From positions 538,277 through 602,276 of the forward strand of contig NZ_JBFAPY010000006.1 in NCBI RefSeq assembly GCF_040676915.1: DNA of 64,000 nt, written 5' to 3'. Positions 55,201-63,203 of this stretch are shown piece after piece. The number at the start of each line of letters is the position of its first letter. Position 1 is the stretch's first letter. Below the pieces are notes generated by a model. The model was not told the origin of the DNA. It searched no databases and saw only the letters and a program-made list of their open reading frames with translations. The position numbers and the translations under genes are program-made. The DNA comes from Asanoa sp. NPDC049475. Its GTDB lineage: Bacteria > Actinomycetota > Actinomycetes > Mycobacteriales > Micromonosporaceae.

Positions 55201-55394
55201 TAGGTCTGCACGACGCCGCGCGCGCCACGCGGGGGCTCGCCCTCCCAGATCAGCTCGACCAGGCGCCCGACGGGCACGCCCTGGCCGGCCTCGAGCAGCA
55301 GGATGGCCAGCACCCACCGCTCCTGCCGCCGCCCGATCCCGACACGACCGCCACAGACACTGACCTCGACCGGACCGAGCAGGCGAAACTCCAC
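52215..55394 (-). CDS. AfsR-type large SARP regulator: N-terminal OmpR-like winged helix plus BTAD, a central NB-ARC/P-loop NTPase, and a C-terminal TPR array
   Basis: The start is the GTG at 55394 (VEFRLLGPVEV…). Walker A is GAGGVGKT, and TPR repeats run to the C-terminus. The first 365 codons of the track ORF are shadow frame and were rejected. Confidence 0.8.
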   Translation of the reverse strand: MEFRLLGPVEVSVCGGRVGIGRRQERWVLAILLLEAGQGVPVGRLVELIWEGEPPRGARGVVQTYISRLRALLGDAARIELTNGSYRIDVDPKTVDAHQFAALVAEARDSDDPHHRAELLRDALALWRGPALEDVGPGRERLAARLEEGRRTALDLRIAADLETGRHGELVGELTELCAGAPLDERLAGHLMTALFRDGRRPDALAAYGRIRDRVRTELGLEPGDELRRLHTQILRDDPALRPAPAGKLPAQLPAAVPDFVGRTALLGQLDELLTAGRTPVVISAIDGAGGVGKTALAVRWGHHVADRFPDGQLFVNLRGYESAPPVRPVDALARFLRALGVPGDRIPPDPDEAGALFRSEIAGRRVLMVLDNAATAEQVRPLLPGAPTCVVVVTSRAQLGGLTASHGARRLTVDLLTEPEALLLLRTIIGERRVDAEPAAAADLVRACGLLPLAVRIAAAQLDAEPATTLGDYLRLLDKGPLDRLTIEGDELSGVRATFRASYERLGPLERDVFRLLGAVPGTDVDAAGAAALAGLTRAAAAGALDGLRKAHLVTTPRPGRFGLHDLLRTYARELTGDDEAAVALGGLHAHYLATADAAARRLYPHMIRLPLAELPEVAGFDSNPAALAWLDAEHRNLLAAIGHAASAGPKAGAWQLTDALRGYFWQGSHTVDWLAAVNASLGAAEAEGDLQAQAAMRTSIALARQNQGDLAGAAAEFETAAELSDRAGWSRGQAAAAGNLGVVLKNMGDFAGSARSSERALELHRANEYRPGEASTLITLGGLYHDLGELRRAADYCVTALAMHEEIGSSIGQMIALNNLGAVEHLLGEATAADRFRAAMELQSDVAKAYSEAHLLGGLAAVQRDRGELTEALANAEAALVKAREAADPMVEGDILSLLGTVHHWLGDPQRAVEEHRRGLAMLGTGSEYVRTRTTIGLAAALRDTGDPASATTVAADALAHAWRAGHRVLAGNAHLLLGSIHLRNGDIDGAVDSGQRALTLHRQTGHRLGEARSLRLLGDIARANGLGTIAREQWHAALALLSELDSGEIADVLKRN

Positions 55395-55646
55395 GCCGAC
55401 CGACCTTATAGAGCTGCACAACCGGACGAAACCCCAGACGGTAAGCGATCCGGTATGCGCGGTCCGCCACGCTGTCCCCATCGGGGGCGGCGAGGGTCGC
55501 GACTCACCGCAAAGCGGCACCGACGGTGGGGCGGTGCCGCTTCGTCCCCGACGGCTGTGGCGGAGGCGGCCGCCTCCGGCATCCGGGGTCGTGAGACGTA
55601 GCGTGTAACTGTGGATGCACCGCCGGTCGTTGTTGATCGCCCGGTT

Positions 55647-56327
55647 ATGTTTCAGACCTGGCGTGAGCTCACCTTTCTGCACTGGCGTTATCCCGCGCCC
55701 GTGGTGCAGGCCCTGCTGCCTGACGGGCTGACCGTCGACACGCACGACGGCGACGCCTGGGTCGGGCTCGTGCCGTTCGTCATGGCCGGCATTCGGGCTC
55801 CGTACGTGCCCGCGCTCCCCTGGCTCTCCCGCTTCCCCGAGACCAACGTCCGCACGTACGTCATCGGGCCTGATGGGCGGGCCGGCATCTGGTTCTTCTC
55901 CCTCGACGCCGCGCGGCTGGTGCCGGTAGTGGTCGCCCAGCTGACGTACTCGCTGCCCTACGTGTGGTCGGCGATGTCCGTGCGGGTCGACGGGCCGGTG
56001 CACCACTACCGCTGCCGCCGGCATCGGCGACCGGATCGGCGGTGCGACGCGACCGTGCGGGTCGGCCGGCCCATCCCCCAGCCCACGCCGCTCGAAGAGT
56101 TCCTGACCGCCCGCCACCGGCTCTACAGCGTGCGGTCCGGGCGGATGGTCGCCGCCGACGCCGAGCACGGCCCCTGGCCGCTGCGTCAGGGCGAGCTTCT
56201 CGACCTCGACCAGAACCTGTTGGAAGCCGCCCACCTGCCGACGCCGACCACCGACCCGCTGGTCCACACCTCGGCCGGCGTGCTGGTGCGGGTCAGCGGC
56301 TGGCGCGAGGTCAGGGCCGGTTCGTGA
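55647..56327 (+). CDS. DUF2071-domain protein (YqjF-like)
   Basis: The N-terminus MFQTWRELTFLHWRYP matches the conserved start of DUF2071. The track ORF begins at GTG 55611. Confidence 0.6.
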   Translation: MFQTWRELTFLHWRYPAPVVQALLPDGLTVDTHDGDAWVGLVPFVMAGIRAPYVPALPWLSRFPETNVRTYVIGPDGRAGIWFFSLDAARLVPVVVAQLTYSLPYVWSAMSVRVDGPVHHYRCRRHRRPDRRCDATVRVGRPIPQPTPLEEFLTARHRLYSVRSGRMVAADAEHGPWPLRQGELLDLDQNLLEAAHLPTPTTDPLVHTSAGVLVRVSGWREVRAGS

Positions 56328-56724
56328 TCTGCTGCACCGCCCACGCGTTGCCGTCCGGGTCCGTGAAGTTGATGAAGCCGACGTTGTTGAGGTCGTCGCC
56401 CTCCTCACGCGGCCGCGGACCGTTGGCGCCGTAGACGACGATCTCGCTGACCTCGACCCCGCGCGAGACGAGCTGTGCCCGCGCCGCATCCAGGTCGTTG
56501 ACCACGAGCTGGAGGCCTTTGAGCGAGCCCGGCGGCATGTCGGCGACCGCGCCGAAGCCGATCACCACCGAGCAGCCCGAACCGGGCGGGGTGAGCTGCA
56601 CGATCCGGAAACCCGGGCCGGCCGTGTCGTGGTCGACCGCGAACCCGAGCTTCGAAGCGTAGAACTCCTTGGCCCGGTCCACATCGGATACCGGAACGAT
56701 GACGACTTCCAGGGTCCAGTTCAT
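56311..56724 (-). CDS. VOC-family protein (glyoxalase/bleomycin-resistance fold)
   Basis: The fold signature is …VVIVPVSDVDRAKEFYASKLGF… and …FTDPDGNAWAV…. Start chosen at MNWTLEV (56724). Confidence 0.75.
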   Translation of the reverse strand: MNWTLEVVIVPVSDVDRAKEFYASKLGFAVDHDTAGPGFRIVQLTPPGSGCSVVIGFGAVADMPPGSLKGLQLVVNDLDAARAQLVSRGVEVSEIVVYGANGPRPREEGDDLNNVGFINFTDPDGNAWAVQQITNRP

Positions 56725-56729
56725 GGAGG

Positions 56730-57758
56730 TCAGGCTAGCCGCCAGTGGTCGACGTCGCCGTCCTGCCGCACCACCGCGCCGCGGGCGGCCAGGTGGGCCA
56801 GGTGGGCGTAGGTCTCCCCCACGGCCGAACGCCGGATCATGCCCTGGACCTGGGGCCACGGGCGCGACCAGGTGAGTTGCTCGGCGAGCTCCCAGGTCGT
56901 CGCGCCGGGTGAGGCGGCGACCAGCCGGGTCACCTCCGCCAGCCGCTCCGCGTGGTGGGCGTGCAGCGCGGCGACGCGGTCGCGCAGCCCCGCGAACCGG
57001 TACTCGTGTGCCGGCAGCACCTCGTCCGCCTCCAGTTCACCCGTGCGGGTAAGGGACTCGAGGAAATCGCCCAGCGGGTCGGCGGTCTGTCCTGGATGGA
57101 GCGTGATGTTCGGGCTGATGCGCGGCAGCACGTGGTCACCGGCGAGCAGCAGCCGCCGCTCTTCGTCGAAGAAGCAGAGATGGCCGGCCGTGTGTCCGGG
57201 CGTCCATACGGCACGGATGCCGGCCACCGGCCGCTCGCCGTCCTCGATCAGGCGGTCGGGCTCGGCCAGCGAGCGGAACCGGCGCGCGTCCTCGACCGAG
57301 CCGACCGTCTCGGCGACGTCGGCGTCCGTGCCGCCCCGGTTGCGTACCCAGGCGGAGATGTTGGTGACGAACGCCCCCGCATCGCGGCGGCCCTTGATCG
57401 CCGCGGCGTCCAGGGCGTGCATGCCGATCCACGCGCCCGACGCCTCGCGCACCGAGCCGGCCAGGCCGTGGTGGTCGGCGTGCCAATGGGTGACCAGCAC
57501 GGCACGCACGTCGGTGAGCGCGTAGCCGCACCGCGCCAGGCCCTCGACCAGCGCCGTCCAGGCGTCGTCGGTCGGCCAGCCGGCGTCGACCAGGGCCACG
57601 CCGTCGGGCAGAGCGAGCGCGTAGACCAGGACGTAGCGCAGCGGACTGCCGGTCATCGGCACCGGGATCGACCAGAGGCCAGGCCGGACGATCTCCACCG
57701 GCGGCAGTGTCTTACGCTGCCAGGCGGCGCGCTGCTCGGTGCCGGTGACCTCGACCAT
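56730..57758 (-). CDS. MBL-fold metallo-hydrolase with a C-terminal winged-helix domain
   Basis: The zinc-binding motif is THWHADHHG, and further motif regions are …TPGHTAGH… and …LLAGDH…. Confidence 0.75.
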   Translation of the reverse strand: MVEVTGTEQRAAWQRKTLPPVEIVRPGLWSIPVPMTGSPLRYVLVYALALPDGVALVDAGWPTDDAWTALVEGLARCGYALTDVRAVLVTHWHADHHGLAGSVREASGAWIGMHALDAAAIKGRRDAGAFVTNISAWVRNRGGTDADVAETVGSVEDARRFRSLAEPDRLIEDGERPVAGIRAVWTPGHTAGHLCFFDEERRLLLAGDHVLPRISPNITLHPGQTADPLGDFLESLTRTGELEADEVLPAHEYRFAGLRDRVAALHAHHAERLAEVTRLVAASPGATTWELAEQLTWSRPWPQVQGMIRRSAVGETYAHLAHLAARGAVVRQDGDVDHWRLA

Positions 57759-57809
57759 GCGTCGATCAGACCGCGACCGGCCGGTCAGGACAATCGGCGG
57801 TGACCAATT

Positions 57810-58459
57810 TCATGGTGTACGCCGACCGTCGAGCAGTGGCCGGCTCGGGTCCCAGGTGCCGCCGCCACGGCGGAACGCGATCGCGGACAAGGCCTCCAGC
57901 ACGACCCGGTTGGCGAGGAACGCGGTCACCTCGGCTCGATCAGCCGGCGCATCGGCTGGCCGTGCCCGAGCAGCGAACCGAACTCGCTGTAGCCGGTGTC
58001 GGCGTGCGCGTCGAAGTGCACCACCGACACGCGGCCGAAGCCCTTGGCGCGCGCGACGCCGGTGACGTCGGGCAGCGCGATCGTGTGGTCGCCGCCGAGT
58101 ACGACCGGGATGGCACCGGCGCCGGCGATCGTCGCGACCGCCGCCTCGATCACCCGGACGCTGCGTTCGATGTCGCCGGAGAAGCACTCGACGTCGCCGG
58201 CGTCGTACACCTTGAGGTCCTTGAGCCCGTCGGTCCGCAGGGCGAGCGCCGGTCGCGACCCGTCGTGCGGCAGATAGCAGGCCTGGCGCATGGCCGACGG
58301 GCCGAAGCGGGTGCCGGGCCGGTGCGAGGTGCCGCCGTCGAACGGCGCGCCCAGGATGACGACGTCCGCGTCCGCCCACGCGTCCGGAACATCCAGGTCA
58401 CACGGAGGTACGCCGAGGAAGGTGATGTCGGGTCCGTACATCGCGCCGTACCGGGTCAT
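57810..58459 (-). pseudogene. Disrupted agmatinase/arginase-family (ureohydrolase) gene: the N-terminal two-thirds is intact, then a frameshift/premature stop with the C-terminal metal-binding region missing
   Basis: The 177-aa ORF 57926-58459 carries the GGDHTIALP and VHFDAHADT motifs but ends at …GQPMRRLIEPR*. The remaining 115 bp continue in another frame (…EVTAFLANRVVLEALSAIAF…). The D-x-D-x-x-D-P motif is absent, and the total locus (about 650 bp) is about 280 bp short of a typical agmatinase. Confidence 0.5.
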
Positions 58460-58603
58460 TGTCCGCCACGCTAGCGGGTCCGGCGGTGCGGGTGGGATCG
58501 CGAGATCGCAGAGGGACGGACGGGTTCGGCCGATCCCCTTTACAGCATGGTGTGACCGCCGTCACTATCGGTGCAGAGGTCGCTTCAGACCAGGAGGTGT
58601 GCG

Positions 58604-59062
58604 GTGGGCGGCACACAACCGAGCTCTACCGACGCGTTGTCCTTGCAGATCGCACGACGGCACCGGGCGGCACTGCTCCGCGAGATCCATCTCTTCGAGC
58701 ATGCGATCGCGTCACCGAGCGCCGAGCCCGGCTGGCGCGAGCGGGTGGGCGTGCGGCTGCGGTCGCTGCGGGGTGCGTTCGCCGAACACATCGTGGTGAC
58801 CGAGGGCGAGGACGGGCTCTACGCCGAACTGCTCGAGCACGCGCCGCGGCTGCACCGTCGGGTCCAGATGCTCACCCGGGAGCACGCCGCGATCGCCGTG
58901 TCGATGTCGGCGTTGCAACGCCGCGCCGACCTCGCCGGGTCGCGGGTGGACGAGCTTCGCCGGTGCGGTGGCGAGGTGCTGCGCGCGCTCTCCCGGCATC
59001 GGCAGCGGGGTGCCGACCTGGTCTACGACGCCTACGAGACCGACATCGGGGGAGAAACCTGA
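58604..59062 (+). CDS. Hypothetical protein, possibly a hemerythrin-like (HHE cation-binding) domain protein
   Basis: AGGAGG lies 6 nt upstream of GTG 58604. Spaced His/Glu pairs occur in predicted helices (…EIHLFEHAIA…, HIVVTEGE…ELLEHAPRLHRRVQMLTREHAAI…). Confidence 0.4.
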   Translation: MGGTQPSSTDALSLQIARRHRAALLREIHLFEHAIASPSAEPGWRERVGVRLRSLRGAFAEHIVVTEGEDGLYAELLEHAPRLHRRVQMLTREHAAIAVSMSALQRRADLAGSRVDELRRCGGEVLRALSRHRQRGADLVYDAYETDIGGET

Positions 59063-59115
59063 CCCGATCGGGTGATCTCGCGGAACCGTCGGCCGGGCAG
59101 GGCCGTCACACCCGC

Positions 59116-60048
59116 ATGGGTCGTCATCGTGCCGCCGTTGCCTGTGTTGTCGTCGTCGTGGCGCTGTCGGCGTGCGCCACGCCCGGTGGCGATGCCGGCG
59201 ACGGCGGCGGGTCCACGTCCTCGGGCCACGAGGCGATCGAGCAGTGGGCCGACGAGGTGGCCGACGCGTGGTCCCCGACCGACACCGCCTGGAAACAGGG
59301 GTACGTGCCGCTGCAGGAGCCGACCTCCGTCGACGGGTCGCTGATCGGGTCGGAGAAGCAGGCTCTGGCTGCCGGGTGGTGGGCGACGGCGATCGCTTTG
59401 CCCACCGACCGGCCGGCTCCCGGGACGGTGGTGTTCCGCGACGGCTCGTTGACCGCGCCCTTGCTGAGCGCCGCATCGTCGTACCAGAAAATGGATCTGG
59501 GTGAGCCGCCTCCGTGCGGCCCTTCCGCCCCTCCGCCCGCTCCTGCTGCTTCGGGTCCTGACGGCTCCGTGTCCGCGCCCGCTGTCGGTGACTGTGTCGG
59601 GCTGACCGTGTCCGGGGTGTCGTTGCGCACGATGGAGATCCGCACCAGCCGCGGTGTCGCCACCGTGCCGGCGTGGCGGTTCGAGATCGGCGACGGACGG
59701 GCGGTGTTGCGTGCCGCGGTCGCCGATCCCGCGCCGTTGCCGTCGCCCGCGCCGACGCCGACCGACCGCTCCGCGCCCGCGGGGATGGTCGCCGTGCAGC
59801 ACGTCACCGGCGCTGACGGTCTGGACCTGCACTATTCGCTCGGTGTCGGTGCGTGCGACCACGACATCACCCCGATCGTGGCCGAGCGCGAGCACGTCGT
59901 CGTCGTGTCCGGCGGCGTCACCCGGGACGACGGGGTGTGCACGGACCAGCTGATCATTTCGCCGGTGACGGCGACGCTGTCCGAGCCGTTGGGTGACCGG
60001 CCCGTGCTCGACGGGCTCAACGGGACGTTGTTGCCAATCGGTTCCTGA
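59116..60048 (+). CDS. Hypothetical lipoprotein with a Pro/Ala-rich linker
   Basis: MGRHRAAVACVVVVVALSAC is a signal peptide with an L-S-A-C lipobox. The upstream 220 codons of the track ORF 58459-60048 are shadow frame. Confidence 0.5.
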   Translation: MGRHRAAVACVVVVVALSACATPGGDAGDGGGSTSSGHEAIEQWADEVADAWSPTDTAWKQGYVPLQEPTSVDGSLIGSEKQALAAGWWATAIALPTDRPAPGTVVFRDGSLTAPLLSAASSYQKMDLGEPPPCGPSAPPPAPAASGPDGSVSAPAVGDCVGLTVSGVSLRTMEIRTSRGVATVPAWRFEIGDGRAVLRAAVADPAPLPSPAPTPTDRSAPAGMVAVQHVTGADGLDLHYSLGVGACDHDITPIVAEREHVVVVSGGVTRDDGVCTDQLIISPVTATLSEPLGDRPVLDGLNGTLLPIGS

Positions 60049-60050
60049 AT

Positions 60051-60860
60051 CTAGGGAAGCTCGATCGGCAGCTTCAGGCCGTCGAGGGCGTGGCCGCACG
60101 GGCAGTCGCGGTCCAGGGGGATCGTCTTCAGGGCGTCCATGAGTACGCCGCGCAGCTTCTCGGTGTTCTCGCCGAAGACGCGGAACACCTCCTCCTGGGT
60201 GACACCGTGGTCGCCTTCGACGCCGGCGTCGAGGTCGGTGACGAGAGCGATGGCCGTGTAGCAGAGGGCCAGCTCGCGAGCCAGCACGGCCTCCGGGTGG
60301 CCGGTCATGTTGACGACAGCGCCGCCGATCTCGCTGTACCAGCGGGACTCGGCGCGGGTGGAGAACCTCGGCCCTTCGATGACGACCATGGCGCCGCCGT
60401 CGGTCGCGGCGATCTGGTTTCGCTGGGTCGCGCCTTGGAGGGTGGCGCGGCCGACCGGGCAGTAGGGGTCGGCGAAGTTCACGTGGACGGCGCCTTCGTC
60501 GTAGTAGGTCTGCACCCGGCTCGTCGTGCGGTCCACGAGCTGGTCGGGGATCACGAAGCTGCCGGGGCCGAGCTCCGGGCGCAGGCCGCCGACCGCGCAC
60601 GGAGCGATGATCTGGCGCACGCCGAGCGCGCGCAAGGCCCAGAGGTTCGCGCGGTACGGGATCCGATGTGGCGGGAAACGGTGGTCGCGACCGTGGCGGG
60701 GCAGGAACGCCACTTTCCGGTCCCCGACGGTGGCCACGGTGATCGGGTCGGACGGAGGCCCGTACGGGGTGTCCATCTCGTGTTCCGTGGCGTCGTCGAG
60801 AAGGGCGTAGAGACCCGAACCGCCGATTACCGCAAGCTCCGCACGTGCTGTCACTTTCAT
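60051..60860 (-). CDS. mtnP: S-methyl-5'-thioadenosine phosphorylase
   Basis: The N-terminus is …LAVIGGSGLYAL…, with the PNP/MTAP family motif regions …VAFLPRHGRDHRFPPHRIPYRAN… and …NMTGHPEAVLAREL…. The length is 269 aa. Confidence 0.85.
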   Translation of the reverse strand: MKVTARAELAVIGGSGLYALLDDATEHEMDTPYGPPSDPITVATVGDRKVAFLPRHGRDHRFPPHRIPYRANLWALRALGVRQIIAPCAVGGLRPELGPGSFVIPDQLVDRTTSRVQTYYDEGAVHVNFADPYCPVGRATLQGATQRNQIAATDGGAMVVIEGPRFSTRAESRWYSEIGGAVVNMTGHPEAVLARELALCYTAIALVTDLDAGVEGDHGVTQEEVFRVFGENTEKLRGVLMDALKTIPLDRDCPCGHALDGLKLPIELP

Positions 60861-61067
60861 CCCTCTCGCCGAGGCTGTCAGCCTTAACCATGGCCGTAGG
60901 TCAGGCTAGGGTGCGATGCATGGCAACGACTCGCCGGATGTGTTGCGCGTGGATGGCCGACCCTGATGTCCTGTCCACGTGCGGCAGCGACGGGTCGCGG
61001 CCGCCCACCGGTGGGTTCGGAGGGTAGGCGCGTGCAAGGCGAAGGCCAGGCGATCGGGGGCCGATCG

Positions 61068-61622
61068 ATGGAGTCGATGACCGGTCGACTCCTGGTGGCC
61101 GCGCCGGCGCTCAAAGACCCCAATTTCGACCGTACGGTCGTGCTGCTGGTCGCCCACGAGCCGGGCGGCGCGCTCGGTGTCGTGCTGAACCGAGCGACCG
61201 AGGTGCCGGTCTCCGAGGTGCTGGGCGCGTGGGGCACGTTGGCCCGCGACCCCGCGGTGCTGTTCGAGGGCGGCCCGGTCCAACCCGAGTCGGCGATCTG
61301 CCTGGCCCGCATGCGAGCGCAGCGCCCCCGGATGCGCGGCTTCCACCCGGTGTCGGGCTCGATCGGCACGCTGGACCTCTCGATCGACCCGGACGCGATG
61401 CGGGAGAAGCTGACCTGCATACGGGTGTTCGCCGGCTACTCGGGCTGGTCGCCGGGCCAACTCGAGGAAGAGATCCAGAGCGGCTCGTGGTTCGTCTTCG
61501 ACGCCCTCCCGGGTGACGCCTTCGTCGACCGACCGGACGACCTGTGGCCGATGGTCCTCCGGAGGCAGGGAGGCATCCTGTCGGCGGTAGCCCACTTCCC
61601 GGCTGACGTGGCGCTGAACTGA
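61068..61622 (+). CDS. YqgE/AlgH-family protein (UPF0301)
   Basis: The N-terminus …LTGRLLVAAPALKDPNFDRTVVLLVAHEPGGALGVVLNR… is the conserved start of the family. An alternative start is at 61077. Confidence 0.75.
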   Translation: MESMTGRLLVAAPALKDPNFDRTVVLLVAHEPGGALGVVLNRATEVPVSEVLGAWGTLARDPAVLFEGGPVQPESAICLARMRAQRPRMRGFHPVSGSIGTLDLSIDPDAMREKLTCIRVFAGYSGWSPGQLEEEIQSGSWFVFDALPGDAFVDRPDDLWPMVLRRQGGILSAVAHFPADVALN

Positions 61623-61697
61623 CCCACCCCCTGCGAGATGACCCACGGGTGGGGCATGTGTAATATTGCGCGAGTGCCCGGGACACCGGGTGCGAAT

Positions 61698-61770
61698 TGG
61701 GGCCGTGGCGCAGCTGGTAGCGCACCACACTGGCAGTGTGGGGGTCAGGGGTTCGAGTCCCCTCGGCTCC
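61698..61770 (+). tRNA. tRNA-Ala (anticodon GGC)
   Basis: The sequence folds as a cloverleaf with a 7-bp acceptor stem GGGGCCG/CGGCUCC containing the G3:U70 alanine identity pair. The D-arm is GCGC…GCGC, the anticodon loop is CUGGCAG, the T-arm is AGGGGTTCGAGTCCCCT, and the discriminator is A. No CCA is encoded. Confidence 0.85.
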
Positions 61771-61771
61771 A

Positions 61772-61832
61772 CAAATGGCCGGTTGGATTTTGTTCGCAGA
61801 GAGCGCGAACAGGATCCAACCGGCCATTTGTG
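61772..61832 (+). terminator. Long hairpin immediately 3' of tRNA-Ala
   Basis: AAATGGCCGGTTGGATTTTGTTCGC-agagag-GCGAACAGGATCCAACCGGCCATTT forms a 25-bp stem (two G·U pairs in RNA). It is followed by UUUGUGUCG. Confidence 0.45.
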
Positions 61833-61961
61833 TCGCATCCTCCTATTCCGGGGGCGACCCCCGGACCCCACGGTGTGATGGGCGCTCTGCGCGGGACGCG
61901 CGAGGTTGGTCCCGGCCGACCATGTCGGTGTGGCCTCTGACCGATCCTCTGCCGCTGATCG

Positions 61962-62450
61962 TCACGCGCCCTGGTGATCTGGTGATTCGCTGGTGGTCAG
62001 TGCCGCCGCCAAGGCGGGCAAACGGCCGAACGCGCGGGCACCGGCCACGTGGTCGACGTAGTCGCGGGACTCGACGATCTCGCCGTCGCGGACCCGCACC
62101 ACGAAGATGCACGGTATCGAGAAGGTGCGGCTGTCGATCACGCCGGCGTACCGGAACTCGAAGATCACGACTTCGGGGTCGGCCGTCGTGTGCACATGGT
62201 CGTCGACGACGTCGTAACGCTCGACGCCGGTCGGGGCAGCGCCGCCGGAGAAGTGTTCGCGCAGCGCGGCTCGGCTGCGCAGGGGGTTGTCGCCGAACGG
62301 GTTCAGCGGGTGCCGCACGTCGGTGTGCTCGGCGTAGCAGGCGGCCAGTTCGTCGAACTGGGCCGCTTCTTCGGCTGAGGTGAGGCCGCCGCGCATGAGG
62401 CGACAGACCCCGGCGGCCACGGTGCGGACGGTTTCTTCGGGGGTGCGCAT
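61962..62450 (-). CDS. NTF2-like / SnoaL-like family protein
   Basis: Its size and pattern (…DHVHTTADPEVVIFEFRYAGVIDSRTFSIPCIFVVRVRDGEIVESRDY…) fit the SnoaL/ketosteroid-isomerase-like cone-shaped fold. Confidence 0.65.
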   Translation of the reverse strand: MRTPEETVRTVAAGVCRLMRGGLTSAEEAAQFDELAACYAEHTDVRHPLNPFGDNPLRSRAALREHFSGGAAPTGVERYDVVDDHVHTTADPEVVIFEFRYAGVIDSRTFSIPCIFVVRVRDGEIVESRDYVDHVAGARAFGRLPALAAALTTSESPDHQGA

Positions 62451-62464
62451 GGTCTCTGCCCTTC

Positions 62465-62510
62465 AACGAAGTCTGGACTCCGTTTACCGTAGCGGAGTCC
62501 CCACTTCGGT
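62465..62510. promoter_or_regulatory. Nested palindrome in the divergent intergenic region between the NTF2-like gene and the TetR gene; candidate TetR operator
   Basis: The inner pair is GGACTCCG-N10-CGGAGTCC (8-bp perfect inverted repeat). It is flanked by an outer pair, AACGAAGT…ACTTCGGTT. Confidence 0.35.
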
Positions 62511-62522
62511 TAAAGTGCTTCC

Positions 62523-63062
62523 ATGCGCCAGGATGCACGGGAGAACCGCGAACGCATCCTCGCCGCCGCCGAACAGGTCTTCGGCACGCGCGGCGAAACC
62601 GGCTCGACCGAAGAGGTGGCGCGGCTGGCCGGCGTCGGCATCGCCACCGTGTTCCGGCACTTCCCGACGAAGGAGGCGCTGATCGAGGCCGCGCTGGTGC
62701 GGCACTTCGTCGGCCTGCTCGACCGCGCCCGGGCCGCGGCCACGGCAACCGACCCGTACGCGGCACTGGCCACCCTGATCCACGAGATGATCGAGAGAGG
62801 CGCCAGCAAGCTCACGCTGGCCTCGATGCTGGGCGACGATGCCCCGCCGGCCGTCGTCGCGGCGTCGACCGAGCTCAAGTCGGCGGTCAACACGGCACTG
62901 CACCGCGCCCAGGCCGCAGGCAGCGTCCGGCCGGACGTCGGTGTCGAGGAGCTCTACCTGCTGATCCGCGGCCTGGCCCAGACCACCGCGGCGACGCCGG
63001 TCCCGGCAGCCGTGCTCGACAGTGCCGTCGAGGTCATCCTGGCCGGCTTCGCCACCCGATGA
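62523..63062 (+). CDS. TetR/AcrR-family transcriptional regulator
   Basis: The N-terminal HTH is …ENRERILAAAEQVFGTRGETGSTEEVARLAGVGIATVFRHFPTKEALIEA…. Confidence 0.8.
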   Translation: MRQDARENRERILAAAEQVFGTRGETGSTEEVARLAGVGIATVFRHFPTKEALIEAALVRHFVGLLDRARAAATATDPYAALATLIHEMIERGASKLTLASMLGDDAPPAVVAASTELKSAVNTALHRAQAAGSVRPDVGVEELYLLIRGLAQTTAATPVPAAVLDSAVEVILAGFATR

Positions 63063-63203
63063 CCCTCGGCCGACCGGGACAGGAATAGCCGCCGATGGTC
63101 TATCCACTGTGCTCGAACGCTGAGGTGTCGAGGAGTTGGGACAACCGCTGACGCGTGTTTCCGCAGGTTGTGACGCCTCGAAAGCCGGTGGCGCTAATTA
63201 CTT

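Noticed and set aside
50673-56489. N-terminal extension of ORF 50673-52211, ORF 52281-55601 (+, 1106 aa) and the first 365 codons of ORF 52215-56489.
   Set aside because: The sequence is antisense to, or upstream read-through of, the GntR, rmlB and SARP genes. Conserved N-termini (the Rossmann start of RmlB and the VEFRLLGP start of the SARP) define the real boundaries.
58459-59115. N-terminal 219 codons of ORF 58459-60048.
   Set aside because: The composition is Arg/Ala-rich, and it overlaps the hemerythrin-like gene in another frame. The lipoprotein signal peptide at 59116 marks the real start.
60884-61871. Minus-strand ORFs 60884-61420, 60906-61871 and 61111-61827, and ORF 61736-62383 (+).
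   Set aside because: They are antisense to YqgE/AlgH and run through the tRNA-Ala gene and its hairpin. The translations are Arg/Pro-rich and motif-free.
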